DNA of 64,000 bases, taken from NCBI GenBank assembly GCA_049604715.1, contig JBMYTV010000001.1, positions 91,610 through 155,609 of the forward strand. Direction: 5' to 3'. Under the pieces are notes generated by a model. That model had not been told where the DNA came from. It searched no databases and saw nothing but the letters and a program-made list of their open reading frames with translations. Of this stretch, positions 9,230 to 17,705 are shown one piece after another; position 1 is the first letter of the stretch; every line of letters starts with the position of its first letter. Position numbers and translations under genes: made by a program. The DNA comes from Patescibacteria group bacterium (GTDB lineage Bacteria; Patescibacteriota; Patescibacteriia; S139-126; S139-133).

Positions 9230-9541
9230 GTATAAATTTAAAATTGAAAATTAAAAAATGTAAAATCAAAAGTTATGTATCAAATTTTTTCCTACGTTTA
9301 GTACCAAGTCCGTTTAGTCTGCAATATTTATGTTACTAACTGCCCCTGACTTATACAGCTTTTAATCGCGTGTATTGTAGCTAAAATAGCATAAAAAGCA
9401 AGTTTTGTTTGTGCTAAATAGTTTTATAGACAAATACTTGTCATGGATGGTTGTTATTTGCTAAGATAAGGCATTGTATGGGTATACTGGATTATTTTAA
9501 CCTAACTTTAGCGAAAAGGTAGAGCAAGCGAATACATACAC

Positions 9542-9570
9542 TTGACAAAAGTTTATTTATGTGTTATTAT
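9542..9570 (+). promoter_or_regulatory. near-consensus sigma70-type promoter (TTGACA-N17-TATTAT)
   Basis: TTGACA at 9542-9547, 17-nt spacer, TATTAT at 9565-9570. A second TATAAT follows immediately at 9571-9576. Confidence 0.6.
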
Positions 9571-9604
9571 TATAATATAAGCTAGTACAGTAATTTAACA
9601 TAAC

Positions 9605-9653
9605 TGGTTGGTTATATAGGTAAATGAAGTTCGTTTGTCTATATAACCAACCA
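9605..9653 (+). promoter_or_regulatory. 15-bp perfect inverted repeat (leader hairpin or operator)
   Basis: tggttggttatatag (9605-9619) is the exact reverse complement of ctatataaccaacca (9639-9653), with a 19-nt loop. Lies between the promoter and the RBS of the small ORF. No adjacent U-tract, so it is not a canonical intrinsic terminator. Confidence 0.6.
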
Positions 9654-9668
9654 CAATAGGAGAGAATA

Positions 9669-9842
9669 ATGTATAAAGATCAATACGGCAATACAAGCAC
9701 GGGATTACTCTATAACCTATTAACATTAGAAGGCAATCCCAATGCACCACTTCCGGGCGGAAAAAAGGCTGCCAAGGTAATTAGCATCACACTCACCGCA
9801 TTTGGTGTCATTACTTCTATCGCATGCCTTATCTTTATGTAG
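9669..9842 (+). CDS. unannotated small ORF (57 aa) with predicted C-terminal TM helix
   Basis: ATG at 9669 preceded by AGGAGAG (9659-9665). MYKDQYGNTSTGLLYNLLTLEGNPNAPLPGGKKAAKVISITLTAFGVITSIACLIFM. Below the ORF-track length cutoff. Confidence 0.35.
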   Translation: MYKDQYGNTSTGLLYNLLTLEGNPNAPLPGGKKAAKVISITLTAFGVITSIACLIFM

Positions 9843-9998
9843 TTCTTCAATCTTCAAAAAATTGGGTCATTAATACAATCTTTAATGACCTACCCCCTGA
9901 AATTTTAAGCACAGTTTAAAGTTTCGGGAGGTTACAAAAGCTCTGCATCAGCAGGGCTTTTGTGTTATACTGTTATACCTATAGTAAAAATAGATAAT

Positions 9999-10586
9999 AT
10001 GGTGAACAAAAAAGCATTCATTTTTGACGCTGATGGTGTGGTTATAAATAGACCAATGGTTTTTAGTAGGGTTTTGGAAAAGGATCACGGAATAACCATA
10101 AAGCAAACAAAGGATTTTTTTACAGGACCTTTTCAAGAATGTTTAGTTGGTACTGGGGACTTAAAACAATTATTGCCAGAGTATTTAAATAAATGGAATT
10201 GGGAGGGGGGTGTAGATGAGTTTCTGAGATACTGGTTTAAGAGCGAACATTATATTGATTTAGATTTGATAAAAGGAATTGATACGCTGCGAAAGAGAGG
10301 GGGTCGGTTCTATATCGCAACTAACCAAGAGAAGTATCGTACAGAGTATATACGCAGTGATATGGGTTTGCATCAGCATTTTGATGATATTTTTTCATCA
10401 GCCTATTTGGGTGTTACAAAGCCACATAAAAGTTTTTATGATTCTATTTCATCAAAGCTTGAAAATCATGATATTTACTTTTGGGATGATGATGAGGATA
10501 ATGTGCGAGCGGCACGTGAAACCGGCTGGCGTGCCACACACTATAGCCGCCTGGATGATTTTACTAAAGTAATCAATAATTTATAA
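9999..10586 (+). CDS. HAD-superfamily hydrolase
   Basis: Motif I FIFDADGVV from the internal Met (MVNKKAFIFDADGVV). Motif III-like K...FWDDDEDNV. The ORF-track start at 9960 is probably too far upstream. Confidence 0.75.
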   Translation: MVNKKAFIFDADGVVINRPMVFSRVLEKDHGITIKQTKDFFTGPFQECLVGTGDLKQLLPEYLNKWNWEGGVDEFLRYWFKSEHYIDLDLIKGIDTLRKRGGRFYIATNQEKYRTEYIRSDMGLHQHFDDIFSSAYLGVTKPHKSFYDSISSKLENHDIYFWDDDEDNVRAARETGWRATHYSRLDDFTKVINNL

Positions 10587-10597
10587 CTTGTAGCTAT

Positions 10598-11836
10598 ATG
10601 AAAGATTTTGAAAAACACTTGGAAAAATATGCCAAACTTTTGGTAAGCACTGGTCTTAATATTCAACCAGGACAGCGCGTTCTTGTAAGTGCATCACTTG
10701 AACAAGCTGTTTGCGTGCGTGCGTTTGTAAAAGAAGCATACCGTGCTGGAGCAAAATACGTGGCAGTGTTTTGGGCTGATGAAGAAGTTACAAAGACGCG
10801 ATTTTTAGAAGCACCTGACGAATCATTTGACTATGCGCCGCAGTGGCGAGCAGATGCGTATAATGACATTGCGAAGAACGCTGACTGTATGGTCGGGTTT
10901 ACTGGTGGTGATCCTGATTTGCTTCGTGATATTGATCAAGAAAAATTGCAAAGATCTCGCATAGCAGGTGAGAGTAAAATTCGTGAGTTTAGGAAAATTC
11001 AAAAAAGTAACGGCATGAGCTGGTTGGTAGCATCTGCACCAACAGCGGCATGGGCAGCAAAGATTTTTGCCAGCGATCCTTCGGAGGATCAAATGGACAA
11101 GCTATGGGATGCTATTTTTACTACTTGCCGCGTATACGAGGATGATCCAATCGCAGCATGGCGTCAACACAATCAAGAACTACAAGCAAGGGCTTCGTAT
11201 ATGAATGAGAAGCAGTATGATGCCCTTCGCTATACCGGTGGTGGTACAGATTTTACGCTTGGTTTGCCTGAAGGACATATATGGGCATCAGGTGCGTCAG
11301 AGACAAAGCAAGGAATCGAGTATATCGCAAATATGCCCACAGAAGAGATTTTTACCCTGCCGCATCGTGATCAAGCTGATGGCGTGGTTAAAGCAACAAA
11401 GCCACTTAACTACGGTGGTACTGTGATTGAGGATATTGAGATTACTTTTAAAGACGGTAAGATCGTAAAGGCATCAGCATCAACCAATCAAGATTCGCTT
11501 GATAAGATTATTAGTATTGATGATGGAGCCAAAAAGCTTGGTGAAGTCGCGCTGGTGCCACACAGTTCAGCTATCTCACGTTCTGGTATTTTATTTTTCA
11601 ATACTTTATTTGATGAAAATGCTTCATGTCATTTAGCAATTGGTAGTGCATATAATTTTACACTTAAAGGCGGGGACGACATGGATGATAAAGCATTTAA
11701 CAAAGCTGGTGGAAATACTAGCCTTACACATGTCGACTTTATGATTGGTTCAGATAAACTTGATATTTTTGGTATAACAAAAGACGGAAACGAAGAGCCT
11801 GTTATGAAGCAGGGTGAATGGGCATTTGAAATTTAA
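10598..11836 (+). CDS. aminopeptidase, M29 family (AmpS/PepS-like)
   Basis: 412 aa. The KLLVSTGLNIQPGQRVLV... architecture and length are typical of thermophilic-metalloprotease M29 aminopeptidases. Confidence 0.8.
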   Translation: MKDFEKHLEKYAKLLVSTGLNIQPGQRVLVSASLEQAVCVRAFVKEAYRAGAKYVAVFWADEEVTKTRFLEAPDESFDYAPQWRADAYNDIAKNADCMVGFTGGDPDLLRDIDQEKLQRSRIAGESKIREFRKIQKSNGMSWLVASAPTAAWAAKIFASDPSEDQMDKLWDAIFTTCRVYEDDPIAAWRQHNQELQARASYMNEKQYDALRYTGGGTDFTLGLPEGHIWASGASETKQGIEYIANMPTEEIFTLPHRDQADGVVKATKPLNYGGTVIEDIEITFKDGKIVKASASTNQDSLDKIISIDDGAKKLGEVALVPHSSAISRSGILFFNTLFDENASCHLAIGSAYNFTLKGGDDMDDKAFNKAGGNTSLTHVDFMIGSDKLDIFGITKDGNEEPVMKQGEWAFEI

Positions 11837-11863
11837 AACGTACCATTATCTGGTACGTTTGGT
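11836..11863 (+). terminator. hairpin terminator after the aminopeptidase gene
   Basis: aaacgtacca-ttatc-tggtacgttt stem-loop. T-rich run a few nt further downstream (tgttttttgg). Confidence 0.5.
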
Positions 11864-12124
11864 AACTTTCTGTTTTTTGGATGTACGAGGTGCTCGGAGT
11901 TTTCTACTGCACATAGGGCAATGCTTTGTAAACGTTGTTTGAGTTCGACCTTTGCAGTGTTTACAAGGAGGTTTTGGCAGTTTGCCATTTACTCCAATTT
12001 GTTGGCCGCACCCTCGACAAAATACATCTCCTTCATAAATAGGGTAGCGGCACGGTGGTCCGTGTTGTGCTTTCGGATAAGCTCCGGCATTAATTTCAGG
12101 GAGCTTCTTTTTTCTTTGTCTCAT
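11846..12124 (-). CDS. small basic zinc-ribbon protein
   Basis: 92 aa with CRGC ... CKHC ... CPMC Cys pairs. GGGAG lies 7 nt upstream of the ATG. Convergent with the aminopeptidase gene. Confidence 0.5.
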   Translation of the reverse strand: MRQRKKKLPEINAGAYPKAQHGPPCRYPIYEGDVFCRGCGQQIGVNGKLPKPPCKHCKGRTQTTFTKHCPMCSRKLRAPRTSKKQKVTKRTR

Positions 12125-12215
12125 ATGTATCTCCCATAGGCTTATGTAAATATGCTATTATACTCATAGAGTATCTTAAAGGTAGAAACATTTTTTGTAA
12201 AATTAAATCAATCGT

Positions 12216-13103
12216 ATGATCACAACAATTATCGGTACTGGTCGCATAGGTAAGGCATTAGAGCACTTACTTGCGCAGGCTGGACAAACCCCACGAATGT
12301 GGGATGCAGTACCTGAGATGCCCCGCACTGTAGAGACTCTGGAGGAAGCTTGCAAAGATGCTGGTATTATTATCTTAGGTACTCCATCATGGGCAGTTAG
12401 GGAAGTTGTTTCAGAAGCAAGAGAATATGCAGCGCGTGATGCGTTGTTTGTTATTTTGTCCAAGGGCATAGAAGAAGATACACAGAAAACTATGGACTTG
12501 GTAATGGCTGAACTTATGCAAGATGCGCAGAGTTTTGCCTTATTGTCAGGACCAACAATGGCAGAAGAAATTATGCAAGATGCAAGAGCAGCTGCTGTAG
12601 TTGCAAGTCCAAATCCTGATAGCTTTGATCGTTTGCAGGAGGCATTTGCAGGCTCAAAGCTAACCCTTGAGTTCTCTGATGAGCTCAGGAGTGTAGCTCT
12701 GGCTGCAGTGTTAAAGAATATTTATGCTATGCTATTAGGCATCTCAAGTGCACTTGAGATTTCAGGAAATGCGCAAGGTTATTTGTTTGTACATATTATT
12801 AAGGAAATGAAGATTGTTATTGAGCGGCTTGGTGGTGATCCTGAGCAGGCACTATCATTAGCTGGTCTTGGGGATATGGTTTTGACTGGATTTAGCCCAC
12901 ATTCACGTAACCGAGCATCAGGCAAGGAGCTTGTTGCAGACGGAAAGCTTAGTAAAAAGAGCGAAGGCTTTACTGCATTGCCTTCACTAGTGTCGCTACT
13001 AGATAATGACCTTGAAGATTTGCCGCTTTTGCAAATGCTCCAATCTATTGTTGTTGATAATGTATCAGCCCAGGAGGTGATGGAGGCGTATTTGGACTCA
13101 TAA
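12216..13103 (+). CDS. gpsA: NAD(P)H-dependent glycerol-3-phosphate dehydrogenase
   Basis: N-terminal Rossmann IIGTGRIGKAL. Conserved GLGDMVLTGFSPHSRNRASG block. 295 aa. Noticeably GC-richer than its neighbours. Confidence 0.75.
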   Translation: MITTIIGTGRIGKALEHLLAQAGQTPRMWDAVPEMPRTVETLEEACKDAGIIILGTPSWAVREVVSEAREYAARDALFVILSKGIEEDTQKTMDLVMAELMQDAQSFALLSGPTMAEEIMQDARAAAVVASPNPDSFDRLQEAFAGSKLTLEFSDELRSVALAAVLKNIYAMLLGISSALEISGNAQGYLFVHIIKEMKIVIERLGGDPEQALSLAGLGDMVLTGFSPHSRNRASGKELVADGKLSKKSEGFTALPSLVSLLDNDLEDLPLLQMLQSIVVDNVSAQEVMEAYLDS

Positions 13104-13107
13104 ACCT

Positions 13108-14238
13108 ATGAACAAGATAAGTGTTCGGAACGCACTACTGCGTTTTGTCTATACAAAATTAGTTAAACCGATATTTTTTACTCAAGATCCTGAGAAGGTA
13201 CATGATCGTGCTGTCAGGACAGGTAGGGTTTTGGGTCGTTATCCGTTTGGTCGAAGTATAACCCGAGTTCTTTTTGGGTATAAGCATCCAATGCTTGAAC
13301 AGACCATCCATGATGTCCTGTTCCCAAATCCTATAGGATTAGCTGCGGGCTTTGATAAAAATGCTCAGTTGACTGACATTTTACCGAGCGTGGGATTTGG
13401 ATTTGCAGAAGTTGGATCAGTGACAGGGGAGGAGTGTTCCGGGAATGAAAAGCCCCGACTTTGGCGTTTGCCTAAGTCAAAATCTTTGGTTGTATACTAT
13501 GGGCTTATGAACGACGGGGCTGATGCGATTAGTAAACGATTGACTGACAAACATTTTCGATTTCCAGTTGGAATTAGTGTTGCTAAGACAAATTCTCCAG
13601 ATACATGCCAGCTTGATAGTGGTGTTGCTGATTATGCAAAGGCATTTAGTGCGTTTACAGAGATTGGTGACTACATAACCATTAACATAAGCTGTCCTAA
13701 TGTGTTTGGTGGTGAGCCGTTCACGCATCCTGAGCGCTTAGAAAAGTTACTTGAGAGGCTGGATACTATTTCGTATGAAAAGGCAGTGTTTATCAAGCTT
13801 GCAGCTGACCTTTCAGATGATGAGCTAAACGACATTTTGGACGTTGCTGCACGTCACCGTGTACATGGATTTGTTTGTACAAATTTGGCAAAGGATAGAA
13901 ACAATCAAATGACAATGCAAAAAGTAAAAGAAGAGAGAATTCCAGATAAAGGCGGTATGAGCGGAAAGGTAGTTGCTGGTCTCGCAACAGATACAATAAG
14001 ACGAGTGTATACGCGTACTCGCGGTGCTTATACAATCATTGGAGTTGGAGGTGTGTTTTCTGCAGAAGATGCGTATGAGAAAATAAAGGCAGGCGCGTCA
14101 TTGCTGCAGCTGATAACAGGTATGATTTATATGGGGCCGCAAGTCATCTCAGAGATAAATCAAGGCTTAGTTGAACTTCTTAAAAAAGATGGGTATAAAA
14201 ATATATCAGAAGCAGTAGGCGCAGATGTCACTTTTTGA
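13108..14238 (+). CDS. pyrD: dihydroorotate dehydrogenase (quinone), class 2
   Basis: N-terminal membrane-association extension. GLAAGFDKN. NISCPN active-site Cys/Ser region. C-terminal GVGGV FMN-binding block. 376 aa. Confidence 0.9.
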   Translation: MNKISVRNALLRFVYTKLVKPIFFTQDPEKVHDRAVRTGRVLGRYPFGRSITRVLFGYKHPMLEQTIHDVLFPNPIGLAAGFDKNAQLTDILPSVGFGFAEVGSVTGEECSGNEKPRLWRLPKSKSLVVYYGLMNDGADAISKRLTDKHFRFPVGISVAKTNSPDTCQLDSGVADYAKAFSAFTEIGDYITINISCPNVFGGEPFTHPERLEKLLERLDTISYEKAVFIKLAADLSDDELNDILDVAARHRVHGFVCTNLAKDRNNQMTMQKVKEERIPDKGGMSGKVVAGLATDTIRRVYTRTRGAYTIIGVGGVFSAEDAYEKIKAGASLLQLITGMIYMGPQVISEINQGLVELLKKDGYKNISEAVGADVTF

Positions 14239-14287
14239 TTTTTTATTTAAATAGCAGTATACTACTTATATACATAGTGTATCCCCC

Positions 14288-14527
14288 ATGTTATCAAAAG
14301 AATTTTTTCATTATCTAAATCGTACTATTAATTCCATTTTTTGGGCGTTATTTTTGCAAGGCGTGACACTTGTTGCACTTGCTGTTCTGATTTTCTTTTT
14401 TCCACAAGCGCTGGTTATCTTGGCGGTTGTTTTCTTTTTGTGGATCGGCATTATGTTTATTTTGCTGGCGCTTAAGATTTATGCCGCAAAGAAGCGTTAT
14501 CACAAATACTGGAAGTTAATGGAATAA
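14288..14527 (+). CDS. small two-TM membrane protein
   Basis: 79 aa with two hydrophobic helices. Confidence 0.45.
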   Translation: MLSKEFFHYLNRTINSIFWALFLQGVTLVALAVLIFFFPQALVILAVVFFLWIGIMFILLALKIYAAKKRYHKYWKLME

Positions 14528-14598
14528 TAGGAGGGAGTACCTAAACAAGAAAGGTGATTGGTAATCATTACCTTTTTTATTATTGTCACGTGAATTGT

Positions 14599-15393
14599 AT
14601 GGGTCATGTATTGGTCTATGACTTAGAAACAAAAAAAACTTTTGACGAAGTAGGCGGTCAGGGAAACCCGCATCTTCTTGAGGTTTCGCTTGCAGGTATT
14701 TATAACTACACTGATGATCAATATCATGCGTTGAAAGAGAATGAGCTTGATCGTTTTAAGGATATGCTCAAAGAGTGTGAGCTTTTGGTAGGATTCAACT
14801 CTCGTCATTTTGATAACAAAGTACTGCAGCCGTATTACAAGGATTTTGATGTTGATAGTGTACCTCATTTAGATATGCTTGAAGTTGTGTCAAACCACTT
14901 GGGTTTTCGTGTGAAGCTTGATAACCTTGCACAAACAACACTACTTGAAGGTAAGTCAGGCAGTGGCTTGGATGCTATTCGGTATTATCGCCTTGGTCAA
15001 TGGGATCAGCTGACACAGTACTGTCTTGACGATGTGCGTGTAACTCGCGATGTGTATGAATACGGAAAAACGCATGGCTATATTTGGTATATAGAGTCTG
15101 GAACACCTACAAAGATTCCAATCACATGGGGTGAGGGGGAGACAGTTGATGATATGGTTGATAAGGCGCTGGCTGAGCATCGTCAGCTTGAGATCGAGTA
15201 TATTGTTCCGGGTGCAACAAGCAAGGAAAAAACTATCCGGTACAAGACAAAGCTTGATGTAGAGTCAATTGATGGAGATGCGATTGTTGCATTTTCACAT
15301 AAAGATCAAAAGAAAAAAACATTTCAGAGACCAAGGATATTCACAGCACATCTCAATGGTAAATCGTCAGCCTATCAACAATCACTTATTTAA
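14599..15393 (+). CDS. 3'-5' exonuclease, PolB-exonuclease-like (RNase H fold) with extra C-terminal domain
   Basis: Exo I LVYDLETKK, Exo II VGFNSRHFDNKVL and Exo III YCLDDVRVTRDVY, from the internal Met (MGHVLVYD...). About 100 extra C-terminal residues of unknown function. Confidence 0.65.
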   Translation: MGHVLVYDLETKKTFDEVGGQGNPHLLEVSLAGIYNYTDDQYHALKENELDRFKDMLKECELLVGFNSRHFDNKVLQPYYKDFDVDSVPHLDMLEVVSNHLGFRVKLDNLAQTTLLEGKSGSGLDAIRYYRLGQWDQLTQYCLDDVRVTRDVYEYGKTHGYIWYIESGTPTKIPITWGEGETVDDMVDKALAEHRQLEIEYIVPGATSKEKTIRYKTKLDVESIDGDAIVAFSHKDQKKKTFQRPRIFTAHLNGKSSAYQQSLI

Positions 15394-15420
15394 AAACCCC
15401 ACCTTTGGCGGGGTTTTTTG
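15393..15420. terminator. bidirectional rho-independent terminator
   Basis: aaaaa-ccccacc-tttg-gcgggg-tttttt. A-run before, T-run after. Confidence 0.7.
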
Positions 15421-15691
15421 TTAGCGTGCTCGTTTTCGGATAAATGTGATGTCTGCTTTGCCAGCAGTTTTAATCTCAAAGATATAATTTGGTATGCTGG
15501 ACGACACATCAATTCCAAACTTTTCTGAATGGCCGGTATTCCATCGCCATCCAGTATTGATGGTGATTTTTTTTGTCCGGGCGGCATTTTCTTCAGAATA
15601 CGTATTATCTCTGGAATGCTATTGGCATGCTGGTTTGGCATGAATTTCCCCCATTGTTAAAGGTTCCGGTGACAGATTAATATAGCTTATA

Positions 15692-16546
15692 TTATTCTTT
15701 GTGTCCAGTATGTATACGATGTAGGGTTACGACATTTTGCAGAAGACAGGCAATGGTCATAGGTCCAACTCCACCTGGTACAGGTGAAAGTGCGCCGGCG
15801 ATATTTTGCACTGAGTCTACATCAACATCTCCGACTGTTTTGCCATTTTTTTTGTTTGTGCCTACGTCTATAACAATTGCATCTTCTTTAAGGTAGCTGC
15901 CAGTGATGAAGTTAGCTCTGCCAACTGCAACAACTACGATGTCAGCTTTGGTTAGGAGTTCATATAGATTTTCTTTTTCGTCAGGTCCAACAAAATGCGT
16001 GTCACAGTGGTATTCGTCAAGTGCATGTTTGATTGGTTTGTAGAAAATGTCATGATTCGCAATCACAACTGCTGTGCTGTTTGCTCGGAAAAGCTCAGAT
16101 GAGACAATAAGTCTCACAACTGCTTCGGCTGGTGCTGGCCTTAAGTCGGTACTGTTATCGTATAATTTTTCTAAATTTTTAGGATGAAAACCATCAGCGT
16201 CTTTTCCTGGATCAATTTTATCTATAACCTCATTTTCATCAATTCCATCAGGCAAGGGAAGTTGTACTAAGATTCCATCAATCTGATCATCCTGATTGAG
16301 CCAGTCAATGGTTTTTATAATCTCTTCTTGGCTTGATGTATTTGGTAGTTTGTATATTGATACATCTATACCGACTTTATGTGCTGCTTTTTGTTTTAGT
16401 GATACATATAAGTGTGAGGCAGGGTCATCGCCAACAAGCACCACTGCCAAAGATGGAGTGGCGTCATGTTCAACTATGTATTGACGCAGATCTTGTTGAA
16501 TTTCGCTTGCTAGTGTGCGCCCGTTTAATATTTGTGTTGTGTCCAT
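15692..16546 (-). CDS. folD: bifunctional methylenetetrahydrofolate dehydrogenase/cyclohydrolase
   Basis: 284 aa. ILNGRTLASEIQ...LAVVLVGDDPASHLYVSLKQKA...PVPGGVGPMT. Confidence 0.95.
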   Translation of the reverse strand: MDTTQILNGRTLASEIQQDLRQYIVEHDATPSLAVVLVGDDPASHLYVSLKQKAAHKVGIDVSIYKLPNTSSQEEIIKTIDWLNQDDQIDGILVQLPLPDGIDENEVIDKIDPGKDADGFHPKNLEKLYDNSTDLRPAPAEAVVRLIVSSELFRANSTAVVIANHDIFYKPIKHALDEYHCDTHFVGPDEKENLYELLTKADIVVVAVGRANFITGSYLKEDAIVIDVGTNKKNGKTVGDVDVDSVQNIAGALSPVPGGVGPMTIACLLQNVVTLHRIHTGHKE

Positions 16547-16670
16547 ATTTTTACTATACGATGAATATACATGCTAGCAAAGGGGGGAATAATTGACAAC
16601 ATAGTAGTATTTACCTAAGGTGTGGTATAAGTATCAATAACCGATCGTTTACATTTATAGGAGATTAGCC

Positions 16671-17174
16671 GTGAAAAAAGCTGCAATTGAAATCATGGAG
16701 TATATCCGTCGTAAAATTGAGGAAAAAGATCAACTCAAGATGTGGAATAGTGCGGCACTTTTGTTTGCCGTAATTTATCTTATGATGTCGTTTCAGGGTG
16801 GAGAAAAAGAGTACATTTACTACTTCGAGGATCCTGTTTATTTTATGACAGCAATTATTGCTTTAGTACTTTCGCTTTTTGGTTTTGTTGTTTCGATACT
16901 TTTTATTGGTATTATGTATACCAATTATCATTTTAAACCACTGCGGAACAATTGGTACCAAGCAAAAAAGTATGTCATTGTGTTTGGAATAGTGTATTAC
17001 TTGGTCGCACGTTTAGGTGTTGATATATACAACCAGATCGTTTGGTTTGTTGCTATATATGATCCGAGTATTATGCCGACTTTATACATCGATCCTTTAT
17101 TTGATGCGATAGTATTATTCGCTTCGATCGGCTATAGTCAGTTTTATTTTGATGTGGTAACAACTTCAAGATAA
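16671..17174 (+). CDS. hypothetical polytopic membrane protein
   Basis: 167 aa with 4-5 hydrophobic segments. RBS GGAGAT upstream. Confidence 0.5.
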   Translation: MKKAAIEIMEYIRRKIEEKDQLKMWNSAALLFAVIYLMMSFQGGEKEYIYYFEDPVYFMTAIIALVLSLFGFVVSILFIGIMYTNYHFKPLRNNWYQAKKYVIVFGIVYYLVARLGVDIYNQIVWFVAIYDPSIMPTLYIDPLFDAIVLFASIGYSQFYFDVVTTSR

Positions 17175-17277
17175 CAAAGATCCGTTGCATAAAGCAGCGG
17201 ATTTAAAATTGACAATGTTGATATATTCTAATACGCTTGGTTTGAGTCCTGAACATTACTAAACGGAAGGGGGATGT

Positions 17278-17670
17278 ATGAACTATGGAGCAGTAGTATA
17301 TCGTTACTTGCAAGTGTGGGGAATTGTGCATTTGGTTGGTGCGTTTATGGCCTTTGTGTGGATGATTGATCACTCGGAAGTGTTTTATGCAGGTTCTTGG
17401 TTTACAAGCTTTGGATATATTTGGCTAGTTGTATGTATGGTTCTTATCGCCTTGTTTTGTAGTCGTATTTTTTATAAAAGGCCATTTTGGCCTATGGTAT
17501 TTCAGATTCTGTTTCTGATATTTGTAATCGTCTGTGCTAATAGCACAAATGAGGTATTCAAGAATTTTTACTTATTATTGTGTTTTAGCGCTGGGCTTTG
17601 CACTTCGGTTATGGCCGTCAACAGATGGCGCGAAATTACCAGCACAAAAATGAAAGGCTGGAATAGTTAG
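17278..17670 (+). CDS. hypothetical membrane protein
   Basis: 130 aa, 4 hydrophobic segments. GGGGGATGT-type RBS. Confidence 0.5.
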   Translation: MNYGAVVYRYLQVWGIVHLVGAFMAFVWMIDHSEVFYAGSWFTSFGYIWLVVCMVLIALFCSRIFYKRPFWPMVFQILFLIFVIVCANSTNEVFKNFYLLLCFSAGLCTSVMAVNRWREITSTKMKGWNS

Positions 17671-17677
17671 ATATCAA

Positions 17678-17705
17678 AAAACCGTCACCAAAGGTGACGG
17701 TTTCG
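17678..17705. terminator. bidirectional terminator between convergent genes
   Basis: aaaaa-accgtcacc-aaa-ggtgacggt-ttcg. Confidence 0.7.
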
